A DNA stretch of 64,000 nt, from contig JANJGN010000021.1 of assembly GCA_026770705.1 (NCBI GenBank), forward strand, positions 100,316,001 to 100,380,000. The letters are read 5' to 3'. Position numbers and translations under genes: made by a program. Under the pieces are notes generated by a model. The model was not told the DNA's origin. It saw nothing but the letters and a program-made list of their open reading frames with translations, and did not search any database. Shown here piece after piece: positions 22,694-35,719 of this stretch (position 1 is the first letter of the stretch; each line of letters opens with the position of its first letter). Source of the stretch: Isurus oxyrinchus (taxonomy: Eukaryota).

Positions 22694-23297
22694 GTGAGTA
22701 ATGCACATCAAAAGCATTGAACCCGATCCTCAGTGATGCAGTTGGTTTAGAGAGTGCATGAACTGCCCGGTATCCTACTGTGTTTCCTGTACTGGTGTTG
22801 TCTGTGTTGAACTAACTGGCCTCACTTTGGGTCTTAATTGTGTGGTGCAATTAGTCTTTATATTACCGAATCGAGGCTAAGAAGGGCGGGGTAGAAGGGT
22901 AAAAAAAAAACAGACTTGATTATACCCCTTCCCCCTCTCTGTACCCCCGCTTACTATCCAATAACCACTGCGGAAAATGTAAGCGTGAGTAGAACTTTGG
23001 GCTAATTTTAACCTAACATTGTTTTTAATGCAGCGAATTATTAGGGCCTGGAGTGCACTTGGGAATGTGTGGTGGAGTTAACCCAGCCAAGGATTTCTAA
23101 AAGGAATGGGTTAAATGCCCGAAAAGAAAGAAATATTGCAATGGGGGAAGAGCGGGCCGTGAGACTTAGTTAAGTGGCTCTGGTAAAGAACCAGCACAAA
23201 CACGATGGCCCGAATGGCCTCCTTAGGTGCTGCATCCATTCCAAGATTCATCGCTTCCGGTCTGCCTGAAAACAGCCCCGGAACACTATTCTAATAA

Positions 23298-23612
23298 AAG
23301 CAAAATACTGCGGATGCTGGAGATCTGAAATAAAATCAGAAAGTGATGGGTGGGTGGGTGGGGGGAGGGACTGGGCGGGGGGAGAGGGACTGGCCGGCGG
23401 AGGTGGGGGGGGGGGGGGGGGGGGGGGGGGTGGTAAATAAAAAAAACTGAGCAGGTCTGATGACATCCGTAGGGTAAAACCAGAGTTGACGTTTTGAGTC
23501 CAGTCTGACTTAATCTGACATAATATTGGACTCGAAAGGTTAACTCTGTTTCTCTCTCCACAGATGCAGACAGGCCTGCTGAGTTTTTCCAGCATTTTCT
23601 GTTTTTATTTTA
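23298..23612. mobile_element. Palindromic Penelope-related short element interrupted by a G-rich tract
   Basis: Same arms as 19775-20000 (AAAGCAAAATACTGCGGATGCTGG ... CCTGCTGAGTTTTTCCAGCATTTTCTG); G runs at 23348-23432. Confidence 0.75.
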
Positions 23613-26466
23613 CTACGACCGTCCGCTTTCTCTTCCCTAGCCAATTTCATGCCCACACCACCAGTGCCCCTTTATTACCATGGGCTTTAACATCGCTAAC
23701 AAGGCTATTATGTGGCACTCTTTTAAACGCCATTTGAAAGTCCGCAAACACAAGATCGTCATCAACCCGCTCTGTTACTTCATCAGAAACTTCAGTCAAG
23801 TAATTCAGGGCCATTCAAGGACGATTTTACTTTAAAATATCAACACTGACTTTCATTTATTAGCCAATACTTTCCCAAATGCCAGTTAATTTTGTCACTG
23901 ATTATTATCTGTAAAATACTCTCCATCTAGAATACTAAAACCAATTGCCCCGAATGCTGGAAATCTGAAATAAAAAAAACGGGACAGTGGTGGGAATGCT
24001 CAACAGGTCGGGCAGAACCTGTGGAGAGAGAAACGGAGTTAGCGTTTCAGTTTGTGGCCATTCCGAAGAACAGGAGAAAGGTGCAGATGCAAGATGTTTT
24101 AAACAAGTGAAAGGGGGAAGAATAGGATAAAAGGAGCTATCTACTGTTCGGCCCGTCAAATTAATACCTTTTTAGTTTAACCGGTCATCCATGAATTCAA
24201 AAAGTCAGAGCCCATCCCAAGTGGTGCGTGGCCTTTTTTCCTGTCGCTCAACCGCAGGGCGCTCCAATTGTCTTTGAGAAGCGGAACACGAAAGCCACAA
24301 AGCTGAGTGATGGGGCCGATGAATTTTGGACATGGCAAGTGAATCAAAACAAGCAATGTTGCACGGGCACCTCCCCCACGCCCCCCCCCCCCCCCCCCCA
24401 CCACCCATACCATTTCTCCCACCACCCCCCAGCACCGCCCCCCCCCCCCCACCCCCCACCACCACTGCAGGCCCGATATTCAACTCCATTAACTTCAATG
24501 GAATCATTCTCTGGCTCCACCCCCATATCTAAGGAGAATTCGAAAATTGTGTTCAAATTTCAACGCTTATTTTCTTCAATAACACAGGATGCATCCCATC
24601 CACACCTGGGGACTTCTGTATGTTGAGCACTGCCACTCCTTTAAGTACCCCATCTTTATTTGTATCCAGCCTAATTGCGCCACTACCTCGATCTTTACTG
24701 TTACATCGGTAGCATCTTCATATCAAGACAGATACTAAGTATTCCTTTAGTGCCTTTAATAAAACTCCATCAGTTCCCTTAAGAATATTGCTTTCATACT
24801 CCCAAGTCAGCCATATTCCTCCATTGCCAGCTTTTCCTCCATATGTATAAGGACTTCTGCGTTCCTGATACGTAAGCCGCGCATCTATTCTCATGATCAC
24901 TTCCCCCCACTTATTCCATTTCTTAGGTTTCGTCTGCACTTTCTATGTCCAGCTTGGAGCTCCACTTTATTATACATCCCGTAATTGACTTTTACCTGCA
25001 TCATTTCTGACTTCATTCGTTTGGGGATGGGATTTGAACATTTGCAGGGTGACAAAACAGGCGGAAGCTCGGCTTCTCACGACCGATATTCTGTTCCAGT
25101 GAAGTCAATGGGACTGAATTTCGGGCTGGGGCTGGGTCTGGGGGAGGTGGGCGGGGAATGGGGGCGGGTGGCTGTTATATCACAGCCGGGGACACATGCA
25201 AAGTAGCTTCTTCTGCATCGCTGCCCACGTCCAAGATTCACCACCCCACCGCCTCATTCTCTACCTTTGTTGCTTCTCTGCTACCTTTCTCAAAAGGCAA
25301 TGAGAGCGCCTCCTGGTGAGTGGCAAGAAAAAGTCACGTACCCCTACTTGGGATTGACTCAATTGTTTTGAGTCAGTAATTCACTGTTCAAAGGTATTCA
25401 TTTGATTTAATAAAGCTCCATTTTACCTGTTTCGAGTTGCAAGGCAATGGGAGAACTTGTTGCTCATTAGGCAGCGTCCCTGCCCTTGGTCCCACTCCTG
25501 GTCACGGAAAGACCTTTCAAGGCGCTGTTCAAACAGCCTGCTAATCGTTCCACCACATCTCCACTATTGCTCAAAGGGAAAAGGTTGTGGGTGATGTGTG
25601 TGAAGATATGAAACAAACAACGAAGTCAAGACGCTAGAAATTTTATGTCATTGTAGAAGTGCCAACATTTAAAAAAAAACATTGGCATGAAATCCCTTTA
25701 GCAGACCTGTCCAGCTCATTCATGTTTAAGTCTTCGGCGTCTCCCTAAAGTAGCAAGCACAGAAGTTGAATAGGATTGTTTTAAAAACTTGCATGACACC
25801 TGGGGACCTCTACCTATGCCAAAATCGAGAACCGTTGCATTTTAAATAGGATTTCAATTTCGTCGAACTTAGTACACGATCGAAATCATGTCTTAAGTTG
25901 ACGCTCAACTTGTGTATTTGTATGAAATGTCTGGTAAATAACTTGCCAGCTGTGTTTCGTCATTCTCTTAATCTTCTTATTTTTAAACGTTTTAAACGTT
26001 TGCCTTCATCGAGTTCTATGGTGAATTTTCTAACACGTTCTGTTGCGTTAACATGAACAGGATGAGAAGATTATTCGAATCACATGCAACAGTGAAGAAG
26101 AGACTGCATAAAAAGATGGACCTTGAGCCGCATACAAGCAGTTCCCGTTTAAAAAGCGTCGCTCGTGTGAAGTGTAAAAACCGTGCTATTCGCGCACGTG
26201 ACTCCTGCAAACTATCCTGCAACACATCTGTTTTGGCGCGATTGGAAGTGCCTCCGGTAAAATGGATCACGATGTTTAACTATAAAATATGTAAATAACG
26301 ATTTGTTAAAATTTCAATGAAGATTCAGTGAAGGTATTAATAAAACCAAATATGCATACGCTTATTCTCGTAAATAGCACCTTGATCACAGACGGCAATG
26401 TTATAATCTACTAAAATTAAAAATATTATTGTTTTGGGCCCTATTCTTTCTTTTGATCCATCCAAG

Positions 26467-26553
26467 GAAATCCCTAGTACGGAATCAAACGCGACAGCAA
26501 ATCCCCCTGAGAGATCAGAAGCAGCATTAACCTCCCAGACTAATAACCGTTGA
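26467..26553 (+). CDS. NCR3: NKp30-like gene B, candidate terminal exon
   Basis: ctattctttcttttgatccatccaag|GAA, phase 0; EIPSTESNATANPPERSEAALTSQTNNR-stop. Best phase-0 candidate found, but with no motif support. Confidence 0.4.
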   Translation, partial: EIPSTESNATANPPERSEAALTSQTNNR

Positions 26554-27967
26554 CTGGCGGAGTGGGTAATCTGATATTTGAATACTCCCAGTCGGAAAAT
26601 CGAGCAAGGATGTTGTGGGGATGTTCCAGGAATCGATACTTAAAGGCAGAGTGACTGAGCATTTAGCCAAATACGGCGTCAAGGTAGATTTGCAATGGTT
26701 CTGTCACGTCTAAGGAACCATTTTGATTTTTTTTGGAGAATGTAACTGAAGTATCTATACATTTAGTTATAAAGGCTTGAATGAGGCAATTCATAATGGT
26801 CCAGGGAATAGACTGTTTGCTAAAATTAAAGGTGACGAAATTGAAAGCAAGTTATTGATTGGTTGCGTGGATGAAGATAGAGAGTAGAGACAGTGGGTAT
26901 GAATTCGAAATAGAATGAAGTGACCTGTGGCAACTCAAATAGGCGGCACTGGGGTATCACCGATTCACTGCGTATGTTAATGATCGGCAGCATAAGGATC
27001 ATCTATCCAATTTGCCAAGGATGTAAGAATAGCAAGTGGTATAGGCAGGAGTTAAAATTGCAGAGGGGCACTGATAGACTGGGTGCTCAAAATGGTTTAT
27101 TACAGTCAAATGTATGATCGCCGCGATGCTTCTGGAGTTGATGAAAACAGCTCCAAAGCACTTGATTGGCTGCGAGGTGCTTCGGGGTGGTTCGTAAATT
27201 TGCTAAGTTGGCCTCGAAGAAGTTACGCATGGGTCTTTTGAGATCAGGGCTGTGAGACGGGGATAAGGCCGGGTCAATTACCTCAATCCTAAACGTTGAC
27301 ATTAAAGTAGAAAATTCTCTCATGTTCGAGCAACGCTATGGCCGATTTTAACTTAACATCTTGGACTTTTGAGACAATCTCCCGGGCTAAAGTTACCAGG
27401 AGTAGGCCCACAGTTCTTTGAGCGTAGAAAAAAAAAGTTGCCCCTCTACCTACAATTATACTTTCAGTGTAACTGTAAAGTAACAATCGACACATGTGTG
27501 GGAATGAACTCAGGCGGATTTGCGGGACCCCAACATGTTGATGTGAGAGGGTCCACATGTGAAGCCTTAGCTCGTTCCATGAATTCCCAAAGTACGTGTT
27601 ACTGTTTTAACTTTAAGGAAATTGCTGCGTTTGTATTAGTGGCGTTCATGCCCGGGATAATAGATGGAATGGCGCTGCTAAGCACTATCACCTGCAAGAC
27701 AATAGAGAGACGGAGAACCAGCTCCTTCGTGGAATTGCAAAGCGATTATTATGTTATATAGCTTTCCGAGATTTTCCTTGCCAGAAATTAATCGATCTGA
27801 CCAAAAAAACAAAACGGTTCTCTTTCTCTGTTGGCGAGTTCGCTTCACAAGGCAATTTATATTCACAGAAAGATTTCTTTTTCAGTGCAGCATGCATCTC
27901 GTCTGCATGTCACTAAACTTAATCTCAGCTATGCTACTCTGCGCCTTGCTCCTTGAAGTTAGCCGGA

Positions 27968-28380
27968 AACAAAGAAATGCTTGCATTTATGTAGCGCGTT
28001 TCATGGCCACCAGACTAATTAACAACCAATGAAGCACCTTTGAAGCTTGTCGCTGTGCTGGGAACACCGCAGCCAGCTTGTGCATAATAACCCGATCAGC
28101 TGTTCCAGTGATGGTGCATCGACAATGAACATTGGCCAGATTAACCGGAATAGCAGCCCGTTTTTCTTTGAAGTATTACAATGGCTTCCATCACATCTGC
28201 CTGAGAGGGTTTGTGCTTAACAACTCGTCCAATAGTTGACACTTCCACGCGTTCAGTACTCCACCAGCACTCTATTGGAGAGTCAGTTGTGATTTTTGAG
28301 CTCAAGCCTTGCATGGGACTTGAAGGCAGAGCCGTGTGATTCAGAGGCAAGAGTGCTACCAACTCGGCAACGAGTAACAC
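27968..28380 (-). mobile_element. Old tRNA-derived SINE, probably DeuSINE type
   Basis: L2-like tail (TTGCATTTATGTAGCGC) at left, central TTCAGTACTCCACCAGCACTCTATTGGAGAGTCAG, tRNA-like head at right; related fragments at about 18040-18290 and 28900-29215. Confidence 0.5.
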
Positions 28381-30599
28381 AGACGCACACTAAGCAAAGA
28401 AACTACAAAATGCTTAAGAGAAATGCCTAATCTATGAAATTCACATAACAATTTTAACCTGTGATTGGAAGCCATTTGGAAAGGTTTTTGATCACATCAA
28501 TGCATGGTGTTGTTTCCAGTTTTCCCCTTACGGTCACATGGTTTAAGCTAGCTTTATTGTCCATCAAAGTTAATTGACTGCACTTTACCAGAAAGCATGA
28601 ATGAACTCCATACCAGTGTGCTGTGTGTCATGGCGTGGCAATCATGCATTGTTCAATCGTTTAGCTACAAAGCGGCACATCAAAATCCACCAAAAAAAAT
28701 GCCTAAAATCCAGATGAGCAAATTGGGAATTAAATTTACCTTACATGGTCAAATACAATGAGAAAACTTTTGGAGTTCACATGAAACAGCTGGAAAGGGC
28801 GTTTTAACAAAAACGCTAACATATGAAATAAGTAATTTCTAGAACTCCAAGTAAAACAAGCAAGGAGGTGGGTAGGCAGGAGGTGGCGAGGTGAGGAGAG
28901 ACTTGCCTTTCTTTCAAGGTCACAGCGCTCTAAATGTCAATGAAGCACTTCCGAGGCGTAATGACTGCTCTCATTAAAAAAAAACATGGCTACCAATTGG
29001 AGCGCAGTGAGCTCCCATAAACAACGATGAGATAATAATCGGATGATCTGTTTTATTGTGATGTTGGTCAAGATATGTATTGCACAGGAGACCGGGAAGA
29101 CTCCCTTATTCATGTGGAAGTGGTGAAATGGGATCTTTCCCGTCCAGCCGAAAGGGAAGATGAGACTTAGCTTCAATATCTCGTCTGAAGGAAAGCACGT
29201 CTGACATTGCAGCGATAATGGAAGGGGAGGGGTTCATTTTGTGTAGTGGCATCGTTAAAAGCGATTCTTTACAAATCACGTCAGAGTGCAACATAATTTG
29301 GAAATAATTGCAATTTCTGTAGTGGCAATTTGGAAATTTCTGTTATGTTCCTTTAGATATTTTATGAATAAAGTATATTTTTTGTAAAAAAGGAAACTTC
29401 ACTGAATACATTAGTTCGTTAAGGCAATGGAGAGATATTGACAATGTCAAAGATATATCACAACGGTCCTCAGACAGCATCCTTAGGGATGGTTACAATA
29501 ACGCATCAGGTTTCAACTTAACACACGTTCATGAAGTTGTGAAATGAAACGTCGATCTCAGTCGCATATTTGCATGAACGTCTCAGTAACTCTCCTTTTG
29601 GTAGTCTCTGCCCTATCACTGGACGTTTCCTTTCATCACTTCTCTGGCCGAAGCCCGCTTTCTCTGTGCTTGTTAAAAAACCGCTAGCCTGACACGTCTT
29701 CCTGCTCCGCTGAAAGATTATGGCCGTGAAGGATCCTCTCTGCACGGTCTGCCCGACCTGCTGAACGTTCGCCATAATTTCTTGTATGTTTGCCGATTTT
29801 CATCGCCCGCTGCCTTTGGTTGTGCTTCTTGTTGCAATGCAGCAGCTGTCTGACATTCCAAAATGGATTTTGTGGTTTAATACATTCTCGTAATGACAGA
29901 ACTAACGTTCAGTCAAACTGCGCTTTGACTTCACGAGATTGCACCCACTAGGACTAAAGAAGGTTTCCACTCCTTCAAAGGGAACTGACTGAGATTCCAG
30001 AAATAGAGCACGTCTCCTGGACGTGCGTTATGTGACTTCTCGAATACTGTAATACCACTTGTTTTCTATAAGAAACAGTTTGGTGAGCGCGGTGCGCTTG
30101 TATAATTGATTTCTTCCAGGTTCCTCAGCATGCTGTAGATTCACGTGTAACTTACCTGAGCCCAAAGACTACAGAAGTTGCAGTAAATTTGTAAGTAGCG
30201 AAATTTCCAACCCACTTATAACTGATCATAAGGACAGATTCGGAACACCTCTGACTTGTCAAGAAATCAACCTGGAATAAGCCGTGCTCCCGAGGCAATA
30301 GAATTCGCTGTATGACCCATGAGTAAACAGCTCCTAACAAACTGCCGCAACACTTGTGAGTTAATCGCACCGCAGTGCCACCTATCCCCCGTTTATGTTA
30401 CACTATTCCTTAGCCATTCGGCTGCTTGTCTCTTCTTTCACGTTAATTTTCAATTATCCCTGGATTAGTTTTCATCCTGTTAATCGCGTTGGATATTACA
30501 CTGCTGAAGAATCATGTATTATAAGTTCAAACGAATCCATTACATCACCCATTTCCATTTTTAACATAAAGTAGGAATAATCATCAACTAGCTTAGCTC

Positions 30600-30745
30600 C
30601 ACTTATTTGCGGCGGCTGCCCCAAGTTTTACTGCGTCCCTCAGCACGTAGTCCTGGACATTGGAATGTGCTAGTCTGCAACACTCGGTCGGGGACATCTC
30701 TTTGCAGTGGAAGACCAACAGGTTTCGGGCAGACCAAAGACCCAG
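30600..30745 (-). mobile_element. Tx1 ORF2 C-terminal fragment
   Basis: LWSARNLLVF...CCRLAHSNVQDYVLRDAVKLG, homologous to 15400-15560. Confidence 0.85.
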
Positions 30746-30807
30746 GGCGATTCTTCCCTTTTCACCAGATGTACTGCCCCATCGCACGCCTCAATATGTG
30801 CAAGACA

Positions 30808-31532
30808 GAGGGATTTGGGGGTCCTCGTGCACGAATCACAAAAAGCTGCATACAAGTTCAAGACGTTATAGGGAAGGCAAATGGAATGTTGGCCTTCATT
30901 TCAAAGGGAATAGAGCATAAAAATAGGGAAGTCTTGCTAAAACTATAAAAGGCACTGGTTAGACCATACCTAGAATACTGTGAACAGTTTGGGTCTCCTT
31001 ATCTAAGGTAAGATATACAGGCATTGGGGGCAGTCCAGAGAAGGTTCGCTAGGTTGATCCCAGATATGGACGCATTTTCTTATGATAAGAGGTTGAGTAG
31101 GTTGGGCCTGTATTGGAGATCAGAGGAATGAGAGGCGGCCTTATTGAAACATATAAGATTCTTAGGGAATTTGCCAGGGTAAATGCTGAGAGGTTGTTTT
31201 CCCTTGTGGAAGAGTTTAGGATCAAGGGCATAATCTCAGAGTAAGGGGGCGCCCATTTCAAACAGAGATGAGGAGAAATTTACCCTCTCAGATGGTTGGT
31301 AATCTGTGGAATTCTTTACAGCAGATGGCTGTAGAGGCTGGGTCGTTAAGTATATTCAAGGCTGAGATAGACAGATTTTTAATCAGTCAGGGAATCAAGG
31401 GTTATGGGAAAAGGCAGGAAACTGGATTTGAGGATTATTAGATCAGCCATGATCTCATTGAATGGTGGGGCAGACTCGATGGGCCGAATGGCCTACTTCT
31501 GCTCCTACGTCTTCAGGTCTTATGGTCTTATG
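30808..31532 (+). mobile_element. CR1 3' fragment
   Basis: KANGMLAFISKGIEHKNREVLLKL; ends GGGCCGAATGGCCTACTTCTGCTCC...(GGTCTTAT)n. Confidence 0.9.
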
Positions 31533-33024
31533 AATTAGCCACCTCTCGACTGCAGTTGAAGTCAATGGGGGTGGGGGTAGGGGGAGGTGTGGGGTGGGGG
31601 GTAGTGGGGAAGCCGCAGGGCATGTACAATAGGCCACAAATTTGACATAGTCCATGTCATAATAAACCCCCTAGTTAAAATTAACCTCGCACTACCCGAA
31701 TAGGCATTCCTCAGACGATTTTTGTTTGTGTCATCTTACCTCCTGGTGTCGATTGGAGAGCTTCCCATTAACCTGCTCTTCTCACAGGGTGTGTAACCAA
31801 ACCCTTATCATTGTCCTTATTTAGTAATGACATTTTTTATGTCTTCTGCACTCCAGACATGGGTCAACAGCAAAGATTGTGAAATTACTCAGCCTCATTT
31901 TTCCAGTGACTCGCATTCATAGAGAAGAAGGAATTGGCTAGAACTGGCAGGATTCCCGAAAGTGAAAACAATCTTTAATTGTCAGAAATAATCAGGCATT
32001 TGGAATTATCTACCATGCAAACAAAAGCTCTAGCCATCCACAAGCATTGGCTTCTCCATCTCTACACAAGAAAGCCAGTGAGTTAAGTGGAATACTTCAT
32101 AATTTTATCCATGACAGCTGAATGCCTTTGATATTCGTCCCAACTAAGTTCATTTGATATAATATTTCTCATTTTAAACCAGAATAGCAGCAGATATATT
32201 AAGTGAGGCGGATACATAATGGGACTGTGGACTTGCTTTTTAAAAAATGTAGGCCGTGATATGTAATTTTACGTTTTGGCATTATTATGCATTATTAAGT
32301 AAATGATCATTCACATTTTGCTATGTGATTCCTGTCTAATCCTTTGTTGACGTCAGCTGTAAGAATTCAGAAGCCTGCCCTCTGCTACTTATTTTCCACT
32401 CACTGGCAGCAATTCATGTTAAATGCCATGTTACTTATTAGCGCCACTCGACCTCGAACTCACAAAAAAAAACTCTTGGTCGCTTCGTACACTGCTCCCT
32501 GTGCATGTGCAATTCACTGCAACCTTCTATGTTTTTTTGCACATGATATTGAACATTGTAACAAAAGCATAACTGAAACTGCATTGCTAGTGACGAACTG
32601 ATCATTTAACCCAAATTAAAATGATTACAATGAAAATATATTATCACCAGTATTGCATTTCAATCAAACTAGCCTTCTAATCAAAGATGTTAAACGCGAA
32701 AGATTAAAGACTAAAGTGGAAACTGTGGTGCAAAGGATATATATTGACATATAGAGACATATTATATATTCATATATATACATATATATATATAGATGAG
32801 TTGGTTTATGGAGCATTAAAGAGAAGTTAATCATTATATAGGACCTTTCATGATTTCAGCACGTCACATAGTGCTTTGCAGTTAATTAAACATTTTTGAA
32901 GTCTGTCCATTGTTAACATGGCAGTTATTTAAATCCAACCAGATCAATCAACAGCAGTCAGATAAAGGAATAAATAATCTGAAATTAAAACAGAAAATGA
33001 TCGAAATAATCTGGTGTGTTACAT

Positions 33025-33963
33025 TGTTATGACATGGATGGTGATGAGTGCCAGGCAGGCCAAATTCACAAGTGAAACATGGCTGCGCTATCACAAAGGT
33101 TTTGCCATTTGAATTTATTATGAAAAGATGTGTGCATGTAATTCAGAAGTAATGAGTCCGCTAAGACCTTTAGAGACTTTAAAAATTAAATTAAAATATT
33201 TATAAACAAAAGAAAAGATTTCAACCACATGCATAGGATTACAGTTACTTAATACTATAACAAATCTTCAAATTCTTAATTAACCTAGCTGCCAACTACA
33301 CCCCTTTAAAGGCAACAGGTCAAAATAGATTTTAAGTTTAAGAAACTTGCCAATAAGTCATCACAGCACCCACTCGACAGTGGAATTCCAATGACTTTTC
33401 TCCAACTTTCCTGGACACAGCAGGCTTTTGCAAAAATGGCTGGAGGTTTCTCCAAGGCTGTTTCACACACTCCTGTTAGATCTTACATGGCCCCCAACGT
33501 GGTCTTTCATTCCCCTTTATATATGTTGTTCTCTCTCTTTAACCTGTAAATTCCATTGTTCCTTATGTCTTTGCAAATTTACTTTTTTTCCCATAATATA
33601 AAGATCTTTCCTGTTACCAATATGACCTATTTCCTTTTGGGAAAAATAAACACACTGCTTGACCTTGCTTACCTTTCCAGTTGTAAACATGCTATCATCC
33701 CCTTGAAATCCAAATAACTCCTTCACCTATCTAAAAATCCAAATTTCCTTCACAGGTTATATGCTAAGACCTCATCCATGTTTACTCATTAGCATTTCAA
33801 TTAGCCTTCTATGCCTAACTCCTTCTGATAATTTCCAGCTTTCATTCTAGCTGACTTCAATTCAGTTAAATCACACACAGGCAGAATTACCCATGCACAC
33901 TCCATAAACCTGCTTTACAATAAACTACAATCATATTATGAAGATTATTATAGTTACATGACA
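33025..33963 (-). mobile_element. Probable solo LTR, about 940 bp
   Basis: Termini TGTTATGA...CATGACA (imperfect inverted repeat), flanks ACAT/AAAT; TATATAAA (33516-33523) and AATAAA (33114-33119) on the - strand in LTR order. Confidence 0.5.
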
Positions 33964-33984
33964 AAATAATATACTTGTCAAGTG

Positions 33985-35125
33985 AATTGAAACCCGTGGA
34001 ATAAAGGGGATAGAAACAGAATGAATACAGAAATTACTCCGTGTCAGGAAACAGGGAATAGTGGTGAACAGTTATGTTTTAATTCAGGACTGGTGGAAGG
34101 GAAAGAGTGGAGTTCCCCAGAGGCCGGTAAGAGAACCATTGCTTTCCTTGATCTCTATTAATAGCCTAGGTTTGGATTTACAGGAGACAATTGCAAAATT
34201 GTCAGGTGTCACCAACTTGAGGGTGTTGTGAACCATGAGGTGGATAGTGATAGGCTTCAAGAAGACGTAGACAAATGAGTAGAATGGGCAGACACGTGGC
34301 AGGAATGTGCAAAAGGAAGGACGAGGAGATACAGCATAAAATAACGGGTGCAATTATAAAGGGATAGGGGAACAGAGAGATCTGGGGATAGATGTGAACA
34401 TTTTTTAGAAGGTGGCAGGGTAATTTGAGAAATTGGTTAAAAGGGCACAGATAATTCTGGGCCTGAGAAGTAGAGGTGTAGAGTAGAAATGCAAGGAGGT
34501 TATGTTGAACTTTATGACACGCTAGCTCAGTCTCAACTGCATTCTCCAGTTCTGGATGCTACAGTTTAGGGAGGGTTTAAAAGCTTTTGAGAGAGTACAT
34601 AAACATTTACAAAAATGCATCAAGGATGAGGGACTTTCTTACATCGATAGATTGGGGAAGCTGGGGTTTTTCTCCTCAGAAAAAGAATCGGTTGGGAAGA
34701 GACTTAATAGAGCCGTTCAAAATCATGAGGGTCTTGAGACATGTAAATAGAGGGAAATTGTTCCCATAAGTAGAAGGCTCCAGGACCAAGGGACACTTAG
34801 GGAAGATAAATTGAAGAACCAGAGGTGACATGAGGAGAAACTTTTCTTTCCTTCATGCAGTCAGTGTTTAGGTCTGGAATGTGCAGCCTGAGAGTATGAT
34901 AGCGGTATATTCATCGGCTTTCAAAATGAAATTGGATATTCACGTAAAGCTAAACCATTTTCAGAGCCACTGGGAAAAGGATGGGGGGGTGGGGGGGGGG
35001 GGGGGGTGGTGGTGGTGGTGGTGGTGGTGGGTGGGACAAGCTCTGTTTCTCTTGGATAGAGCCAGCACAGACACGATGGGTTGAAAGTCCTTCTTCTTTG
35101 GTGAAACTATTCTGTAATTCTATGA
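33985..35125 (+). mobile_element. Degenerate CR1 RT/3' fragment
   Basis: Remnant of SGVPQGSV (AGTGGAGTTCCCCAGAGG), later RLGKLGFFS, CR1-type 3' end. Confidence 0.8.
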
Positions 35126-35394
35126 TGGAGGAGCTGTAACTAGCAGAGCAGAGTAGTGAGTCAGCTGGCGTCCGATGGAAAAGCAAAACACAACAATAAC
35201 AACAAAAAAAAGCAAGGTAATTTGTTGTTGGTTAAGAAATAAATAGCTGCTCAGGGTGGGGGAGGGGGCAGAAACAGATTTATTACAAAGAGAAACGGAA
35301 ATTTAGGAGCGAAATTCCCTAGGATCTTCTATTTGTCCCTATAACTTTGGTGCCAAATCAGGGGCAATCAGAGATCGACGACTAAGCAATGAGG

Positions 35395-35680
35395 GGGTTG
35401 GTGGGCAGTGGCATTGCCACTGGTCTAGTAATGCCAAGGCCTAGTGTATGGCTCGGTAGACCCAGGTTCGAACCCGACCATGGCAGCTGGCGAAATGTGA
35501 ATCTAATAAAACGTCGATTGTGGTAAAGTTGTTCCCGAAAGAGAACGGACAATCAGCCTCCCTTACCTCGTCTGTGCATGACTCTTAAGTGGCCTAGCAA
35601 GCCCCTCGGCTCTCAAGGGCAATTTGGGATGGGCAATAAATGCCTGGGAGGCCCCATTCCCGTAAACGAATAAAAAAAAT
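35395..35680 (+). mobile_element. tRNA-derived SINE just upstream of the C4 promoter
   Basis: GGTTCGAACCC B-box; AAGGGCAATTTGGGATGGGCAATAAATGC tail followed by an A tract. Confidence 0.75.
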
Positions 35681-35719
35681 AGAAGGAATGCAAATGGAAA
35701 GTCAAACTAAAGAAAAACA

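Noticed and set aside
25805-25905. STYAKI tyrosine motif as the terminal exon of gene B
   Set aside because: An in-frame TGA lies just upstream and there is no AG acceptor between it and the motif
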